From the NCBI GenBank assembly GCA_013265495.1, contig MU058449.1, positions 124,001-188,000 on the forward strand: DNA of 64,000 nucleotides, given 5' to 3'. The notes beneath the pieces are model-generated. The model was not told the DNA's origin. It saw only the letters and a program-made list of their open reading frames with translations, and made no database searches. Below are positions 36,536 through 49,351 of this stretch, piece by piece. Made by a program: the position numbers and the translations under genes. Source of the stretch: Vicugna vicugna. Its lineage: Eukaryota. Each line of letters begins with the position of its first letter. Within the stretch, counting starts at the first letter, position 1.

Positions 36536-39274
36536 CAAACAAAAAACAGGTGCAGGAAACAGCTGGTGATATTCTGGACTGAAAGAGGCCAGAATACAGA
36601 GAGGGGCTATGGTAGCTTGTTGGTCTAGGCATTTAAGAGGTTCTCCTGATGCCTCAGACTCAGTAACATAGGGGTTGTGAAAATTTGGTTTCAGAAAGAA
36701 CCCTTCTGGGGCTATGATTAGCAAAGGCTAAAAGGGGTTAGGGAAAGGAGCCAACATTAACTGCCCCCTCTGGGTCATACAAACAAAGGATCCTGGTTAC
36801 TCATAATTCCTCATGGTGGATAAGCTTGTTAATGAATGAGATCTAACCATAATCATTACTGCTTCTTTTAAAGCCCTGCTTACTTGCCAAACCTCAAAGT
36901 TATCCTTTTCTAGAGAGATGTAGATTTTTTTATTCAGGGAACATGCTATGCTATAGCTTCAATACATAATACCCAAAGTATTGAAAATAGCATGCCTAAG
37001 TGAAAAAAAAAAAAGCCATTCACTTTTCAGAATTCAAAAGTCACGAAGGCAAGAACCACTCAACCTTCTAACAGCAGAGGTGGAATCTTACCATAGAATT
37101 TCCATCATTTTGGGATATACATGTCTAAGTCCTATACCTCGAAGAGTACCATTTGAATCAACCTTAGGTAGACATGTAAACACTGAGTTTATGTATGCTT
37201 TAGAGCTGCTACATTTGAATGAAGTTTATAAATTACTACTTGACTTCAGTCTTAAGTAAGAGCCATGAGAAATGGACCAACAACCTATGGTAGTGCAGTA
37301 AAGGGAAGGAAGACTAGGAAGCAAGGACTCTAATGATAATGTCATTCCTTCTGACTACTTAGAGTTGTCTTAGTTCATAGAATACATCAGGCAATACTAT
37401 TTAAAATAAACAGAAAAATAGAAATCTCTCAGAAATTTAATCAGAAAAATAAATGAAGGCAACTTTGCTTAAGGTCAAAAAGCATCAAGGAAACCAAGAG
37501 ACCAAAGTCCTGACATAGGAAAATAGGAAGTTCCTGACTTTTCTAAGTTGTCATACTCAAGCTTGAACTTTCGAGGTTCATCATGTCGACAAGTGTGCAA
37601 TGACTGGCTGGTTCCGGCTTCCCATCTCCTCTTCCCAGTAAAGATTCCTCTTGCTTAATTAACGTTATCACATTACCTCTGGCTATGCCTTGGCCACACA
37701 GGTCCTGGAGGTCAGTCAAATCATCGATGTCTATGCTGTCAGTCACCAACTATAAGAAGTTCCTCTGAGAATGAAACCCAGCTCTGGTTCAGGTTCACCT
37801 ACAACCTTTGTGAGAGATGATGCAGAGGCATGGTGTTTACAAAGCAGCGGTGTTGCCAGACCAGTGTTGCACATTAGTCTCTCATTTTTGGCAATCATAA
37901 CAGAAAATGGCAGCTGGCAGAATTTCCTGCTACTCATGGTACCCAACTTATTCTTGGCTAATGCAACACTTGACAGAACTCTGATCCCATCTATTTCTGT
38001 TGTAGGAATGTATACTCAGATGCATAATGGAAACCAACTAACTTATAGCCTCTCTAACCAAGAGTCCTAAGTAGCTTTTTGTACCTTCAGTGATTCATAA
38101 ACCCTGTCCATAATTTGCCAATTTTGAAATTAAAAGTAAAATAACTCATTTGTGGTGAAGAAGAAGAACTTTTGAAGCAATTTTTCCCAGATAATACTAT
38201 GAAAAACCTGCAGTAGCATCAAAGATGTATTTTCTCTACTAACAATGTAATTTATATAATTCACCATACTAATAGCACCTAAAGATAATACAATATTTGA
38301 CTTCAGGTTTAGTATGTATGTAATAAATTAGCTAGCAAGGTTTTAAAAAATAATTTAATTTTTTCCTGCTAAAAAGAGGCATCTTTTTCATTTCTTAAAA
38401 TCTGGCATAGAGTTTACCAAAGTACAAATGCTACATGATACCCCAAGGGGCGGGAGTTAATTCATCAAATTTTGAAGTTTCTTTTAAAAAGTCATTTTTT
38501 AAATTTAAATACCTTAAGATAGAACATGTTTTTTACTTTATTAATTTTAACTTTACAGGTAATAAATGAATAGTCTTAGTTTCTTTTTTTCTGACCATTT
38601 AATCTTTCTGATCTATCATGGATAACCATGTCAGCTTATCTCTCCAAACTTTGGGTTTTTCATCCTGAAAAAAAGAGACAAAAATCATAGGAGAGATAAA
38701 TAAAATACTTCAAAACGAGAAGCTGAGATAATTGAACTTGAGTCAATAAGCACCTAAACATAAATGAAACTATATTCAGCCCACAGGATCTTCAGAATCA
38801 GAATTCATAAATCTCGTATTGAGCTACAGACATGCTGCTTTTAAACATGGTTAACTTTCTTGAAGCCCTTTTCGACAGCTTTAGTGATAAGAAAACATGG
38901 GATGGACCAGATCCCTGGAAACAAGACAACTCTGTTCCAAAAGGCTGTTACTAGAGGAGAATATAATCCACTCTCCAATACAGCTGGAACTGGCTGAGAT
39001 TCTGTGTCAAAAATTGCTTTTTTTTTTTTTTACCCTGATTTTATCCCTGTCACCGTCCTTAACCCCAAAATTAAACCTGGTTTGTCTGGAACTCTTTCTT
39101 TATCTTGGGCTTGGCTTCTCTCTAGGAATTTTTCTGGAAGAAAGAGAATGGCAGAGACACATGTCATCCTGGAGGATGATGTGAGGAGCAAAGAGGGTGC
39201 AAAGGCGGAATGAATGGAAAATTGTGTTGTTGATGGAGGAGGAGCCAAGAAAGGAAAGGTTTCTCAGAAACCAA

Positions 39275-39494
39275 TACACATTATCACGAACCCAGTATAC
39301 ATCTTCAGTGCTGACCATTTCCTGACCTGACTCCACCCCTGAGGGACAAAGCTTGACCAATGACTTCAAGGTACTAGGGGGAAGAAGGGGCCAGCAGTCC
39401 AGCAGTAAAGAATAAAAGGCCACACCTTCTGACAGCAGCACATACTTGCTTCTGACACTTCTGTGATCACCTGTCAGCTCCAAGACCTGACATC
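39275..39494 (+). promoter_or_regulatory. Epsilon-globin promoter and 5'UTR
   Basis: GATA TTATCA 39281, CTCCACCC 39331, TGACCAAT 39354-39361, AATAAAA box 39411. Confidence 0.9.
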
Positions 39495-40915
39495 ATGGTG
39501 CTTTTTACTGCCGAGGAGAAAGCTGCTGTCACTAGCCTGTGGGGCAAAGTGAATGTGGAAGAGGCTGGAGGCGAGGTTCTGGGCAGGTAGGAACTGGATT
39601 TCAATGCATGGGGGAGGATGGTGAATATGAGCTTGGCAAATTGACCAGGGAATTACTCAAGATTTTGGAGAGTTGCTGATTTTCCATCTGCTATGGTCAT
39701 GTCTCCTAGGCTCCTGGTAGTCTACCCCTGGACCCAGAGGTTCTTTGACAGCTTTGGCAACCTGTCCTCTCCCTCTGCCATAATGGGAAATCCCAAGGTC
39801 AAGGCCCATGGCAAGAAGGTGCTGACCTCCTTTGGAGATGCTATTAAGAACATGGACAACCTCAAGGGCGCCTTTGCTAAGCTGAGTGAGCTGCACTGTG
39901 ACAAGCTGCACGTGGACCCTGAGAACTTTAGGGTGAGTTCAGAAAATACTCATTTTTTTCACTTTTTACTTTGGATTAACAATGAAAGTTGTGTCTTTGG
40001 TTGGAAAGAACAGCAAAGATTTCAGAAATCATAGGTTGAACTTGGTGTTGTGGTGCAGACCTCCAGTGGACATAACTAAGCCCATCTTGATTCAAAACTA
40101 GTGACAGTAAAGTGACAGTACTAGTAGCCTGAGTTGGCTTAAAACTTTTCAGGAACTTTTGTCAGAATTGCATTTGTTTACACTAGAGAATAGGAGGAAT
40201 GAAGTTGGCTTTTGGTGGATGAAGGCCTGCCTTTTGGAAGGAGAAATACCTTATTTTATGTAGTTCCTGATGATTGAAGTTTAGAAAGAGATTTGTGAGA
40301 AAAAAATTTTAGGCACATTGTCTCAAAGAAAAATACAACAAGTAATCTCCAATATTTTAAATTCCTTGTCAGTTTTGTGACTATGTGAAGGCTTATTCCT
40401 GCATTGGTTGGAGACTTTACTAAACACTCTAAGAACCTATGTAGCTCTGAAATCCTATGATTATAGAAATTAGACCATGGGTAAATGTGAGAGGGAGGGA
40501 GAGAGACAAAGGAAAGTGGGGAAATGGGAGAGAGGGTGGGGATATAGGTAGGCAGAATGTTGAATGGAGGGCCCATTACTTAAAATTAAAAATTTAAGGA
40601 CTTAAACTTGAAGTTAAATTTAAGAACTAGCTTATCTGAATTCATTGCATAGGCACAATCTTTGAAGAGGTTTAAGATGTGGAGTTGGGAGAGGGTGTGG
40701 GTACTGAGATTTTTTTTTTCCCTGCAATTCCTTCTGGAAACTTCTACTCAACCTGACTAATTGTCATTTTGTCTTTTACCTAACAGCTCCTGGGCAACGT
40801 GATGGTGATCGTCCTGGCTTCTCACTTTGGTAGAGATTTCACCCCTGATGTGCAGGCTGCTTGGCAGAAGCTGGTGGCTGGTGTCGCCAATGCTCTGGCC
40901 CACAAGTACCATTGA
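39495..40915 (+). CDS. HBE1: Hemoglobin subunit epsilon (embryonic); exons 39495-39586, 39710-39932, 40787-40915
   Basis: Canonical 92/223/129-nt exons with GT-AG introns. Protein [31 protein letters not shown]...[35 protein letters not shown]...LAHKYH. First gene after the LCR; AATAAA at 41013. Confidence 0.96.
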
Positions 40916-42923
40916 GTCCTCTTTTCAGTTCACCAGAGCCCTTTTGTGTCCCCACCACCTTCCTTTTGCATGTGGGGACTGAGGTTTGGCCTTGAGAGCA
41001 CAGCTTCTTCTTAATAAAATACATTCTACTCATTAATCAAAAATTAATATTGTGTCTTTTCCATCATTGACTCTTGTGTTAAAGGAGAAAAGGTTCATTG
41101 GCTGAGGGGTGAAGAAGAGACATAGGAAGAAACAGGAGCCCTTTGAGAAGAGTGCAGGGACTCATCAACAGAAGATAGACATTTTGGGAGGATTCTGGAT
41201 GATCTGGGAGGATGCTGAGATGGACAAGAAGTTTTCTGGGGTGAGAAAGTGGTTAGTTAAGTTGGCAGACCTTATTATGGGACAGCACAACAAAAACTCA
41301 CTGTAGGGGGGAAGAAAGGAAGTAGTAAGCCATATCTGAGGGGAAAATAAGGTAGATTTGTGGCACATGCCAGAGTTCAGTTTAAAAAAGAAAGCTTTGT
41401 AGGGATCTATGGTCTAGGCTGGAGTTACTAATACAGTTGGCTCAAATGTACATTTTGAATGAGCTAAGTTGTCATATATCTTGTGCGTTTGGATTGGAGA
41501 TAAGAAGATGAGTTGAGGGATGGCTGAGGGTCTTCCAGAAAAAGTCTCCATGAACTGACGACAGACTACTCTTTCCTAAACGGTCCTACTGTCTTCCTGG
41601 GGAGCCAAGGCTAAGACACTTGGAATCATTGTGCATTCCGACTGAATGTAACATGAATTGAAATAAAGTTAGTGTTAGGATATTGTGTAAATTTTGGGGG
41701 GCAGGGGGAAAATGATCAAGTCTTCATGTAGGAGGTAAAATACCAAAAAAAGCTCATTGTCTAAAACTAGCAAGCCAGGGCTTGGTAACTTGCATGAGAA
41801 TGGCTCTCTGGAAGTAGAAGGGAGAGGAAGACAGGCGAGTAGAAAGGCTAGATACATAGCGCAAGGCCTTGAAAGTAACAATAAAAGCTCTTACTATGCT
41901 AATGGCAAGATTAAACAATACACATTCTTAGAACTTTAAATGACTTAAGGAATAGGATTCGGAGGGAAGTAATCTGCTTAATGCACACAAAATGACTTAA
42001 AAATTGCAAAGACTAGATAGGGATGCTAGTTTATGGGAACAGACATAATGGCCTCAACCTAAGAGGAGCAGCGAGGCCTGCAAAAAGCGAGGGACAGACA
42101 AAGCGAGAGTGAAGAAGACGTGTTTTCTAATCGGCTGGGGTAGATGAGGAGGAAGGAGGTAGGTGGTGGTAGATGACCGAAAGCTCCCAGCCTGGGTCTA
42201 TCAAGAAGAGATCTGTGATGACCTGGAAACCCTCATATAGGGATGCCATTAACTCAATCACTCTTGAGCGAGTTATTGCTAGGTTGCTCAGGGAATTAAG
42301 ACCTTCAGGACTTGAGTCAAATTCTCATATCAAAGATCGAGACTTCCACACTTTACAAGTTAGAGTGCCAAATCTTGGCAAATTTAACTCTGTTAGACAT
42401 TTCATTGCTCCCACACGTTGATCAGAATTTGTCCTGTGAATTACCTTCAAATTCGACCTTTGTGTCCACAATGGGGATGAGAGACCAATGATTACACAGT
42501 CGCAGGCTGTCAACAGTGCTAGTCTCTCTGAGCCTTATAGAGACTCATTATGCCTCTAAACAGAGTAAACAGGGGCTATTTACGGCACTAAACCTTTGTA
42601 CCTAATCAGTTAACAAATGGGAGCAATGTACATTTTCAATCCATCAATCTCTTCATCTTTCTTGCCCCTCAACTACTATTCTGACTTATACTCTGAGTCT
42701 GCAATAATGGGCAACCCTAAGGTCAAGGCCTATGACAGGAAGGTGCTGACCTCCTTTGGAAATGCTGTTAAGCATGTGGATGACCTCAAGGGCACTTCTG
42801 CTAAGCCTAGTGAGAGGCATTGTGATGCATGGCCTGTGGATCCTGAGAACTTCAGGGTGAGTTCTGGGCATGCGTGTGCTGTGTTCTCTCATCCCAGGTA
42901 TCTGTGCTAGGGCTACTTTTGAT

Positions 42924-43151
42924 TTTTTTTAATTCTTGTTTTTCACTGAAGCGTAGTCGATTTACAATGTTAGTTTCAGGTGTACAGCAAAGAGATTCAG
43001 TTATACATATACATACTTACTTTTTTTCTTTTTTTCGTTTCTTTTCCCTTATGGCTCATTACAAGATACTGAATATATATCCCTGTGTCATACAAGTAGG
43101 TCCTTGTTGTTTATCTATTTTATATACAGTGATGTGTATCTGTTAACTATT
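42924..43151 (-). mobile_element. L1 3'-end fragment in psi-eta intron 2
   Basis: TSD GCTACTTTTGAT at 42912-42923 and 43152-43163. Confidence 0.85.
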
Positions 43152-43678
43152 GCTACTTTTGATAACAGAAGCAGCTACCTCTTGTGAAATAGGGGTTAGC
43201 TGTGGGGAATGGTATTTTGGTGATGGGATTGATTTTGAAAGAGTTCTGTAAATGGCATAGCTGAGCCTAGGTAGAATAAGAAATAGACATAGTAGAAGGC
43301 CACTTGCATTTGATATTTCTGAAAAATACATCTTATAAAGAGTACTGACTGAAATTAAACTCAATGTCTTGGACTTGGGGACACAAGTTTGGGCAAGGAG
43401 AAGAGCATCTGGCCATTGGTAACTGAAAATTTCTGTGAAAATTGATGGACAACTTTTGGCACAGTTCTTTTTTTTTTTTTTAACATTTTAAAATTCACAG
43501 TTCTTGAAGTTAGAACAGAACCAACAAGGACAAAGTAAGGGCAAGCTTTTCAAAAAGATGAAAATTTCCTCCTGCATAATGATAATTTGTCCTCGTACCC
43601 ATGATGCAGGGTTCTATTTTATATGAATGCTCAGGAAAATTGTACGCATGTAATGACTGGAGACTTATACTACTTCTT

Positions 43679-43839
43679 TTTTAAAAATTAAAGTATAGTT
43701 ATTTTGCAATATTGTTTTTCTTTCAGGTGTACAGCAAAGTGATTGTTATACAAATATATACACATATTTTTCTTTTCTTCTGATTCTTTTTCATTATAGT
43801 TTATTACAAAATATTGAATATAGTTCCTTATGCTATATG
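43679..43839 (-). mobile_element. L1 3'-end fragment in psi-eta intron 2
   Basis: TTAAAGTATAGTT...TTTCAGGTGTACAGCAAAGTGATT; TSD TACTA(C/T)TTCTT. Confidence 0.8.
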
Positions 43840-44779
43840 TACTATTTCTTAAGACCCCTGGAAGTACTATAGTCTTCCTTTTGAAAAAAAAAGACAAGAG
43901 CAAAGCAATACGTAACAATGTTCTGGGGTTGTAAGTTGGCAGGGCAAATGACAGGAGGATAGAACACAACGGGAGACAGAAAGCTGGGAGTCCTATTGAA
44001 GCCAACGTGGAGCCCATAACAACATTTTTTTTTTTTTTTGTGGGAACGTGGCCCTGTAAGTTGCTCAAACTCAGGTCAGGAAGCAAATGGGTATTGTATC
44101 TATCGACTGTAAGGCCAGATTGAGGCTTTCTGTTTACTGTGTACTATCTTCTTTTCATCTGCAATCTCTCCCCAGCTCCTAGACAACGTGATTTTGATAA
44201 TCTTGGCAACCCACTTCAGCAAGGAATTTACCTCACAGATGCAGGATGCCTGACAGAAGCTGACAACTACTGTGATTTATGCTCTGTCCCACAGATACCA
44301 CTGAATTACCTGTCCAACCAAGCTGGTGGAGTGATCTGTGTTCCAAGAGAGTGCCCTGTCTCCAGACTTAACTCCTGATAAAATGAAAAAAAATATACTC
44401 TATATGAAATGTTCTTGTCTTTTCCTCTGTGCCTTTTGCTTTTGTGTCTACTCAGAAGATAGCAAGAATTCCATGGGGATTGGATGTTTTGGAGATGGGG
44501 CGTGTGAAGAGGATAAAACAGAGACATTTGTGAGATTAGATAAGACAACACACAACTTGTGGGTCATTAAGCTTCATAAGGTTCAGTGCAAGAAATGCAG
44601 AATGGAGGGACTCATGACAGATGTAAAAGCATTGCTGGTGGTGGTATAGGATAGATTCTTATCTGTACAAACTGAGGATTGAGCACAGTTTGGGATTAGA
44701 GTTTATCTAATGTGAAACATGTAGTTTTTGATCAGCTGTACTGGGATGAATTTGTTTCTCAGAGTATAAATATCTACGT

Positions 44780-45353
44780 AGGCATATATAGACTCCATTT
44801 AAGGGCGAAACCTAGAATTCACAAAGATATTGCTAAGGCTATTAATACATTTGCTGGATATTTGTACAAAATTGCTTCTAAAGAGCCATTTCAAACTTAC
44901 ATCCTATCCAGAAGCAGAGTGAAGTGTGTCTGAGGGAGGGAAACAGCCAGGACACGTGGTCTAGAGTGGGCATAAAAAGAAAGCTATGAGTTTTGGGTTT
45001 TAATCCCATAAAATATGAGGTGGGTGGTGTTAAGAAGATACAAAGAGTGAAATTATGGTCAGGTATTAGTCTAGCAAGAGGAATAAATCAGCAGTGTTTA
45101 GTGCCTTGGCAAGGCCCCAGCTTTGAGGGAAGTTGACACAGCTTGGTTCCAGGTGGGAGTTGAAAGGCCAGCCTGGAGCTCTCTGCTCACTGTGCATATC
45201 TGTTATCTCTTTCCACCTCCACAGACCTTGGGAAGAAGCTAGTGATTTTTCTTGATAAACCATTTTGAAAAAGAATTCACCCCTCAAGTGCAGGCTGCTT
45301 GGCAGAAGACAATGACTGAACTGGTTAAACTCATGGCTCACAAGTATCACAGA
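44780..45353 (+). pseudogene. Gamma-globin (HBG) relic: 3' part of intron 2 plus decayed exon 3 (45225-45353)
   Basis: 129-nt exon after a CCACAG acceptor, reading [40 protein letters not shown]. Upstream blocks ATTGCTAAGGCTATT, GCTTTGAGGGAAGTT and GGCCAGCCTGGAGCTCTCTGCTCACT match human HBG intron 2 as recalled and do not match the epsilon/eta/beta introns in this window. Confidence 0.8.
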
Positions 45354-45444
45354 GAGCCCTGCCCAGGAGTGTAGAGTCACTAAGGAACAGCTGTTTTTGG
45401 TTGGTTTGTTTGTTTTTGTGGGCTGTAACAAAGGTTTCTTTCTC

Positions 45445-45869
45445 CTTTTTTTTAAACACCTTTATTGTGGCATGGTTCCTATACAGTAAACTATACATAT
45501 TTCAGATGTACAATTAGATGAATTTTGACAGATGTATACACTTATGAAACCACACCACAATCAAGATACCTAACATTTCCATCACTCCCCAAAAGGTGCA
45601 ATTTTTGAATTCCCAATGTATCTCTTCTCACCCTCTTTACCCCCTGATAACCATAAGTTTATTCTCGATGTTCGGTAAGTCTGTTTCTATTTTGTAGATA
45701 AGTTCATTTGTGTCCTTTTTTTTTTTTTTAAATTCCACATATAAGTGATATCATATGGCATTTTTCTTTCTCTTTCTGCCTCACTTCACTTAGAATGGCG
45801 ATCTCCAGGTTCATCCATGTTGCTGCAAATGGTACTATTTTATTCTTTTTTATGGCTGAATAGTTTCCA

Positions 45870-45871
<2 letters not shown>
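45445..45871 (-). mobile_element. L1 3' fragment(s)
   Basis: L1 3' end followed by ATTCCACATATAAGTGATATCATATGG...TTCATCCATGTTGCTGCAAATGG. Confidence 0.85.

Positions 45872-45936
<65 letters not shown>
45872..45936. repeat. (TA)n(CA)n compound microsatellite
   Basis: Read directly from the sequence. Confidence 0.95.
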
Positions 45937-45937
<1 letters not shown>

Positions 45938-46344
45938 AATACATGCATAAATAAAATGGGAGACAATGCTCAAGCGTGCAGATTGGCTACTACAGCATTT
46001 CAAGAAAGAGAGACCATTGCAAACTGCTTAGAGAGATGAAGGTTTAGGTGGGGGACATGAACCAGAAGAGGCTCAAAAGTCAGCTCAGAGCCACAGATCA
46101 GTACCGTGAGATCAAAAGGAAAAGGAAAGAAATAGCATAGAGTGGTTGGAGAGGCTAGATCACAGGATTTTTTTCTATGACTAGAAGTTAATGCCTGTTT
46201 CTAGGCAAGAGTACAATGTGATAAACAGAGAAGTCTGGAAGATTAGTTTGGCTGTGGGCACTGAATAGATGAGTCATTATGTGAATGCAAGATTTACACA
46301 TCTCTACTGGCTTCCATTTTTATTCTAAAGCCTTAGCAGACATG

Positions 46345-46695
46345 GGGGTAAGGAGTCGGGGAAGTTGATTAAGGTGGGCTAAATTTATAAACTTCCAGTT
46401 ATAAGATAAATGAGTACTAGGGATGTAATTTACAACAAGATGACTATTGTTAACACTGCTGTCTGGTAAATTTGAAAGCTGCTAAGAGAACACCTTAAAA
46501 GTTCTCATTATAAAGAGAAATGTTTTTTTCTTTTTTGTATCCATATTAGATATTAGATGTTAACTAAGTGTGGCAATCTTTTCACAATATATGTAAGTCA
46601 AATCATTATGCTGTACACCTTAAACTTATGCAGGGCTATATGTCAATTATATCTCAATAAAACTGGAATTAAATTTTAAAAATTAAAAAATAAAG
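46345..46695 (+). mobile_element. L1 (L1MA-like) 3' fragment
   Basis: AAACTTCCAGTTATAAGATAAAT...GTACACCTTAAACTTA...ATATCTCAATAAAACTGGA. Confidence 0.8.
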
Positions 46696-48746
46696 TCAAA
46701 ATATAATACCCACTCTAATCTCATGTACCAAAATAATAAGGCCTAGGCTCACCTCTCCAACTTTACTTCCTCCCACTCTTCTCTTAACACATTTCACTCT
46801 GCCTTTGTAATGTTTTTCTCTAAACCTCAAGTTTGTTTTTCCTTTCTCTCTTTTTTCTTTTCTCTCCAGCCTCAGAATTTTGCACTTAACCTTCCCACTT
46901 CCAGCAACTTGTTTCTCCACATGACTCCTGCCTGACCCCATCTTGTCATCAAGGCTTTCACTTCAAGTGTGACTTCCTTTAGGACATGTATCTTTGTATT
47001 ATTTTTCTGTCATCACTTGTTACTATATCATCAGATGCATTTCCTTCTTGTCATAAAACACAATCTGAAGTTCTCCTATTTATTTACTAGCTTAATTGTT
47101 AATGTTAGTCTTCTCTGTCCACTAGAATGTGAGCATCATGAGATTAGATTAAACTGTTTTGTTCATCCAATATTCCCGCTGTTTAAAACAATGCATGGCG
47201 TGAGTGGCCTCAATACATGTATTTTTTAATACATCATGAAGGAGTGGAAGACAGTTAGATGACTAAGATGATAATCTAGCCTTGATGTGACAAGTATCTA
47301 GGTGACAGTGGGAGCAGTGGGCATGGAATAAACTGGAAAAGTGGAACAATCATGAGCAAAAAGAATCAAAAAGTCTTGGAAAGTGACTGTCTAAAAAGGA
47401 TGAGAGAAAAACAGAAGTTAGAGGTAACTTTTAGAATCACTACCTGGTTTGCTGGAAAGATGAGCAGTTATTCATCAACATTTATTAGTGTAGACAATGT
47501 CCCTGAGTCTGAGGGATTGCGGTGTGCATGCACTCCCGTGAAGATGGGTATGAGGACCAAGTACTTCAGCAAGTACCTGGAGCCACCCCTGCAAGCCAGA
47601 CCCACAACTGAGTCTAATGGGTTCCTAGCTGTGGTCAGAATTTCCTCTCCTTTCTTTTATTTCATGGATCTCTTCTCTTGAAGCAAATCCTTTTGGCATT
47701 AATTCAAACTCCTTTCTTTCTATCTCTGTACTAAAGTGCTCACATCAACACAGCTGGGGACTGAAAGCTCACAGATAATCAAGTTGGTCATGGTAAACTA
47801 GCTTTTGGAAACTTAGCATTTCTTATCCACATTTTACATTTAAGTCTTTTCTAAACTGAAGAGATAAAAGTCTCTCACTATATCAAATAGACAGAAAAGA
47901 TTTCTTTTCTTTTCTTTTTTAAAGATTTTTCTAATAGTAGAAATTCAGCATAATAATATTGGCTTGAACTGTTTAAATTTTAGAATAACACTGTAAATAT
48001 ACATGTAGATTATTCATTACACATATGTATATGTATATACCTATACGTATATATTTATTATACAGAATAAATAATCTCCATGTATATATATATACATATA
48101 TTTTTCGGGGGTGGTAATATTGATCTCAAGGAGAAACAAAAAAACTGCTTTCTGGAGCTCAAAATGCAAGAGCAATAAATTCCGAGAAAATAAAATAAAA
48201 TGAACCATCCCCTCTCTCACTAGAAGTGTATATACCTTGTCTAGCTCTATAAATGCTTGTTTGAGATGCATGAGACCAAAGTACCTTAGATCACAGTGGC
48301 AGTGGTGTGTGGTATACTGTCAGTGAAGAATGTCTCCGCCTGATTAGACAGAAGGGAACGTTAAACACGGGAAGAGAGCAAACACCAGACACAACTCCCT
48401 TAATCCCTAGCCATTGCCAAGGAGAATTCTAATACTCTCTTCACTGATCACAAGAACTCATTTTCCCCAACACTCAATTGCATATTCTCTGACAAAAATG
48501 TGTAGATACGTGTATTGGCCAGAGACACTTGTCCATATAATCAGAATGAGAAAAATATGTTCAGACAAGTGCATATATTATTAATAGAACTCAACAACAA
48601 TGAGTTCAACTCAAGCTCAGTTTTTCTCTAAATTACCCAGTCTTATCTATCTTGTTCCCAAAGTGATGCTGGACTGGGGTCTTTCTTCTTGTTTACAAGA
48701 ACTATAAATTATGAGCCCCGCCTAAGTTTTACAAAACTTGGTAACT

Positions 48747-48900
48747 GGGGGAAGGGTACAGCTCAGTGGTAGAGTGCATGCTTAACATGCAGGAGGTCCT
48801 GGGTTCAATCCCCAGTACCTCCATTAAAATAAATAAACCTAATCACCTCCCTCCCGCCCTCCAATTTTTTTTTAATTAAAAAAAGAAGAATTAAAAAAAA
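48747..48900 (+). mobile_element. Camelid tRNA-derived SINE upstream of eta
   Basis: Intact A box (CAGCTCAGTGG) and B box (GGTTCAATCCC); TSD TTGGTAACT on both sides. Confidence 0.9.
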
Positions 48901-49119
48901 TTGGTAACTCAGAAGAGCTGTGGATTCTATAATCTAGGCGAACAGCAGAATGAAGTCTTGTAAACACTTGACATAATGTCCAATAGATTTCTAATTCTTA
49001 CCCTTCCTAATTCTAGTTAAGCCTCATGGTCAGCCTACTGATTGTTTCAGGGATAGTGGAGGTGGGGAGATTGAGATATGAACTGCAGAATAGATGGTAG
49101 GGGAGAGGACAGCAGAAGC

Positions 49120-49351
49120 CCCCTGATAGAGCCACCCAACACTATCAGAGACACAAATGTCCATCTTGCTGACCCTCCACTGTCCAAGTTCCACCCTTGG
49201 TGGTGACAACCCACCCCTGACCAATAGTATCATTTTATTGGGAGAAGCAAGGGCCTGGGGACAAGAGAGGAAGAATAAAAGGCCACGTAGAGAAGCAGCA
49301 GCACAAACTTGCTTCTGGCACACTGGTGATCACCATAAGCTCCCAGACACC
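49120..49351 (+). promoter_or_regulatory. Eta-globin promoter and 5'UTR
   Basis: TGATAG and CTATCA GATA sites at about 49124-49147, CCACCC 49191 and 49211, TGACCAAT 49218-49225, AATAAAA 49274. Confidence 0.85.

Larger units (their letters stand above)
42684..44304 (+). pseudogene. 5'-truncated eta-like globin pseudogene (partial exon 2 42684-42856, exon 3 44176-44304)
   Basis: [30 protein letters not shown]...PVDPENFR with distal His63->Tyr; TGA at 44251-44253 in exon 3. Intron 2 and 3' flank align with the eta gene at 49352-50764. No promoter or exon 1 upstream. Confidence 0.9.

Noticed and set aside
36210..36632. 140-aa and 76-aa ORFs with poly-P/S/E/K runs
   Set aside because: These are translations of the purine simple repeat.
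42617..42910. 97-aa ORF as a novel chimeric globin
   Set aside because: The upstream part is non-globin sequence with no promoter; the distal His is lost, the F-helix has a Pro and exon 3 has a stop.
35500..45585. Similar segments of about 130 bp at 35500-35630 and 45455-45585
   Set aside because: Both look like L1 3' ends; repeat-family similarity explains it without a local duplication.
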